Shown: in pieces, positions 22,592-23,614 of the stretch
Position numbering within the stretch: position 1 is the stretch's first letter
Layout of the letters: the number at the start of each line of letters is the position of its first letter
DNA from: Escherichia coli
GTDB lineage: Bacteria; Pseudomonadota; Gammaproteobacteria; Enterobacterales; Enterobacteriaceae
Strand: one strand, 5' to 3'
Assembly: GCF_003334315.1 (NCBI RefSeq)
Contig: NZ_QOWR01000066.1
DNA: 23,614 nt
Program-made: the position numbers and the translations under genes
Notes under the pieces: generated by a model
Told to the model about the DNA's origin: nothing
The model's database searches: none
What the model saw: only the letters and a program-made list of their open reading frames with translations

Positions 22592-22691
22592 CTCGCTTCT
22601 CCGTTACCCGGCTCCTGGTCGGGTAACTCCCCTCTCCTCGCTGTGATATACTTTTCCCCCACTTTTACTCATTCTCCACGGAGATGCCGTT

Positions 22692-23333
22692 TTGTATCAG
22701 GATAAAATTCTTGTCCGCCAGCTCGGTCTTCAGCCTTACGAGCCAATCTCCCAGGCTATGCATGAATTCACCGATACCCGCGATGATAGTACCCTTGATG
22801 AAATCTGGCTGGTCGAGCACTATCCGGTATTCACCCAAGGTCAGGCAGGAAAAGCGGAGCACATTTTAATGCCGGGTGATATTCCGGTGATCCAGAGCGA
22901 TCGCGGTGGGCAGGTGACTTATCACGGGCCGGGGCAACAGGTGATGTATGTGTTGCTTAACCTGAAACGCCGTAAACTCGGTGTGCGTGAACTGGTGACC
23001 TTGCTTGAGCAAACAGTGGTGAATACCCTGGCTGAACTGGGTATAGAAGCGCATCCTCGGGCTGACGCGCCAGGTGTCTATGTTGGGGAAAAGAAAATTT
23101 GCTCACTGGGTTTACGTATTCGACGCGGTTGTTCATTCCACGGTCTGGCATTAAACGTCAATATGGATCTTTCACCATTTTTACGTATTAATCCTTGTGG
23201 GTATGCCGGAATGGAAATGGCTAAAATATCACAATGGAAACCCGAAGCGACGACTAATAATATTGCTCCACGTTTACTGGAAAATATTTTAGCGCTACTA
23301 AACAATCCGGACTTCGAATATATTACCGCTTAA
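22692..23333 (+). CDS. lipB: Octanoyl-[ACP]:protein N-octanoyltransferase LipB
   Basis: 213-aa ORF with TTG start, [21 protein letters not shown].... Matches recalled LipB N-terminus and length. Confidence 0.85.
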
Positions 23334-23410
23334 TTCCATACATCAATGGCCCAATTTACACTGGGTCATTACTCATAATATCTGCTAATGCTTTACATCT
23401 CCTTCGCGTT

Positions 23411-23614
23411 GGTGATGCTGCCAACTTACTGATTTAGTGTATGATGGTGTTTTTGAGGTGCTCCAGTGGCTTCTGTTTCTATCAGCTGTCCCTCCTGTTC
23501 AGCTACTGACGGGGTGGTGCGTAACGGCAAAAGCACCGCCGGACATCAGCGCTATCTCTGCTCTCACTGCCGTAAAACATGGCAACTGCAGTTCACTTAC
23601 ACCGCTTCTCAACC
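23411..23614 (+). mobile_element. IS1 insertion sequence, left inverted repeat and 5' portion; continues past the window end
   Basis: GGTGATGCTGCCAACTTACTGATTTAGTGTATGATGGTGTTTTTGAGGTGCTCCAGTG... is the canonical IS1 terminal inverted repeat and leader. Confidence 0.9.
23466..23614 (+). CDS. insA: IS1 InsA (transposition repressor / transposase N-terminal part), partial
   Basis: From GTG at 23466 the frame encodes [48 protein letters not shown], the InsA zinc-finger N-terminus. Confidence 0.85.
   Translation, partial: MASVSISCPSCSATDGVVRNGKSTAGHQRYLCSHCRKTWQLQFTYTASQ

Noticed and set aside
22600-22630. Hairpin between ybeD and lipB (GTTACCCG...CGGGTAAC) as a terminator
   Set aside because: There is no U-tract after the stem, and ybeD and lipB are thought to be co-transcribed. 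More likely a structured intergenic element or nothing.

Overview
This window is an Enterobacterial (Escherichia coli-like) chromosomal segment, identified from recalled protein sequences and gene order rather than any search. It contains the 3' part of gltL, then rihA and hscC, then a lower-GC accessory block (djlC-ybeU / ybeT / djlB-ybeR / ybeQ), then a conserved housekeeping run ybeL, leuS-lptE-holA-nadD-cobC, rsfS-rlmH-mrdA-mrdB-rlpA, dacA, ybeD and lipB. Both window edges end in insertion sequences: bases 1-77 are not gltL coding sequence and look like the terminus of an IS3-family element (IS150-like, from memory), and bases 23411 to the end are an unmistakable IS1 left end with the insA N-terminus. 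The most interesting content is the block next to the Hsp70 paralog hscC: a tandemly duplicated three-gene module (J-domain membrane protein, DUF1266-like protein, Sel1-repeat protein), whose system-level function is, as far as I know, undescribed. One copy of the J-protein (djlB) carries an in-frame TGA nonsense codon, and both J-domains read HPE rather than the canonical HPD. No rRNA, tRNA or CRISPR array was found. All calls rest on reading the sequence and the supplied ORF track; no database search was run.
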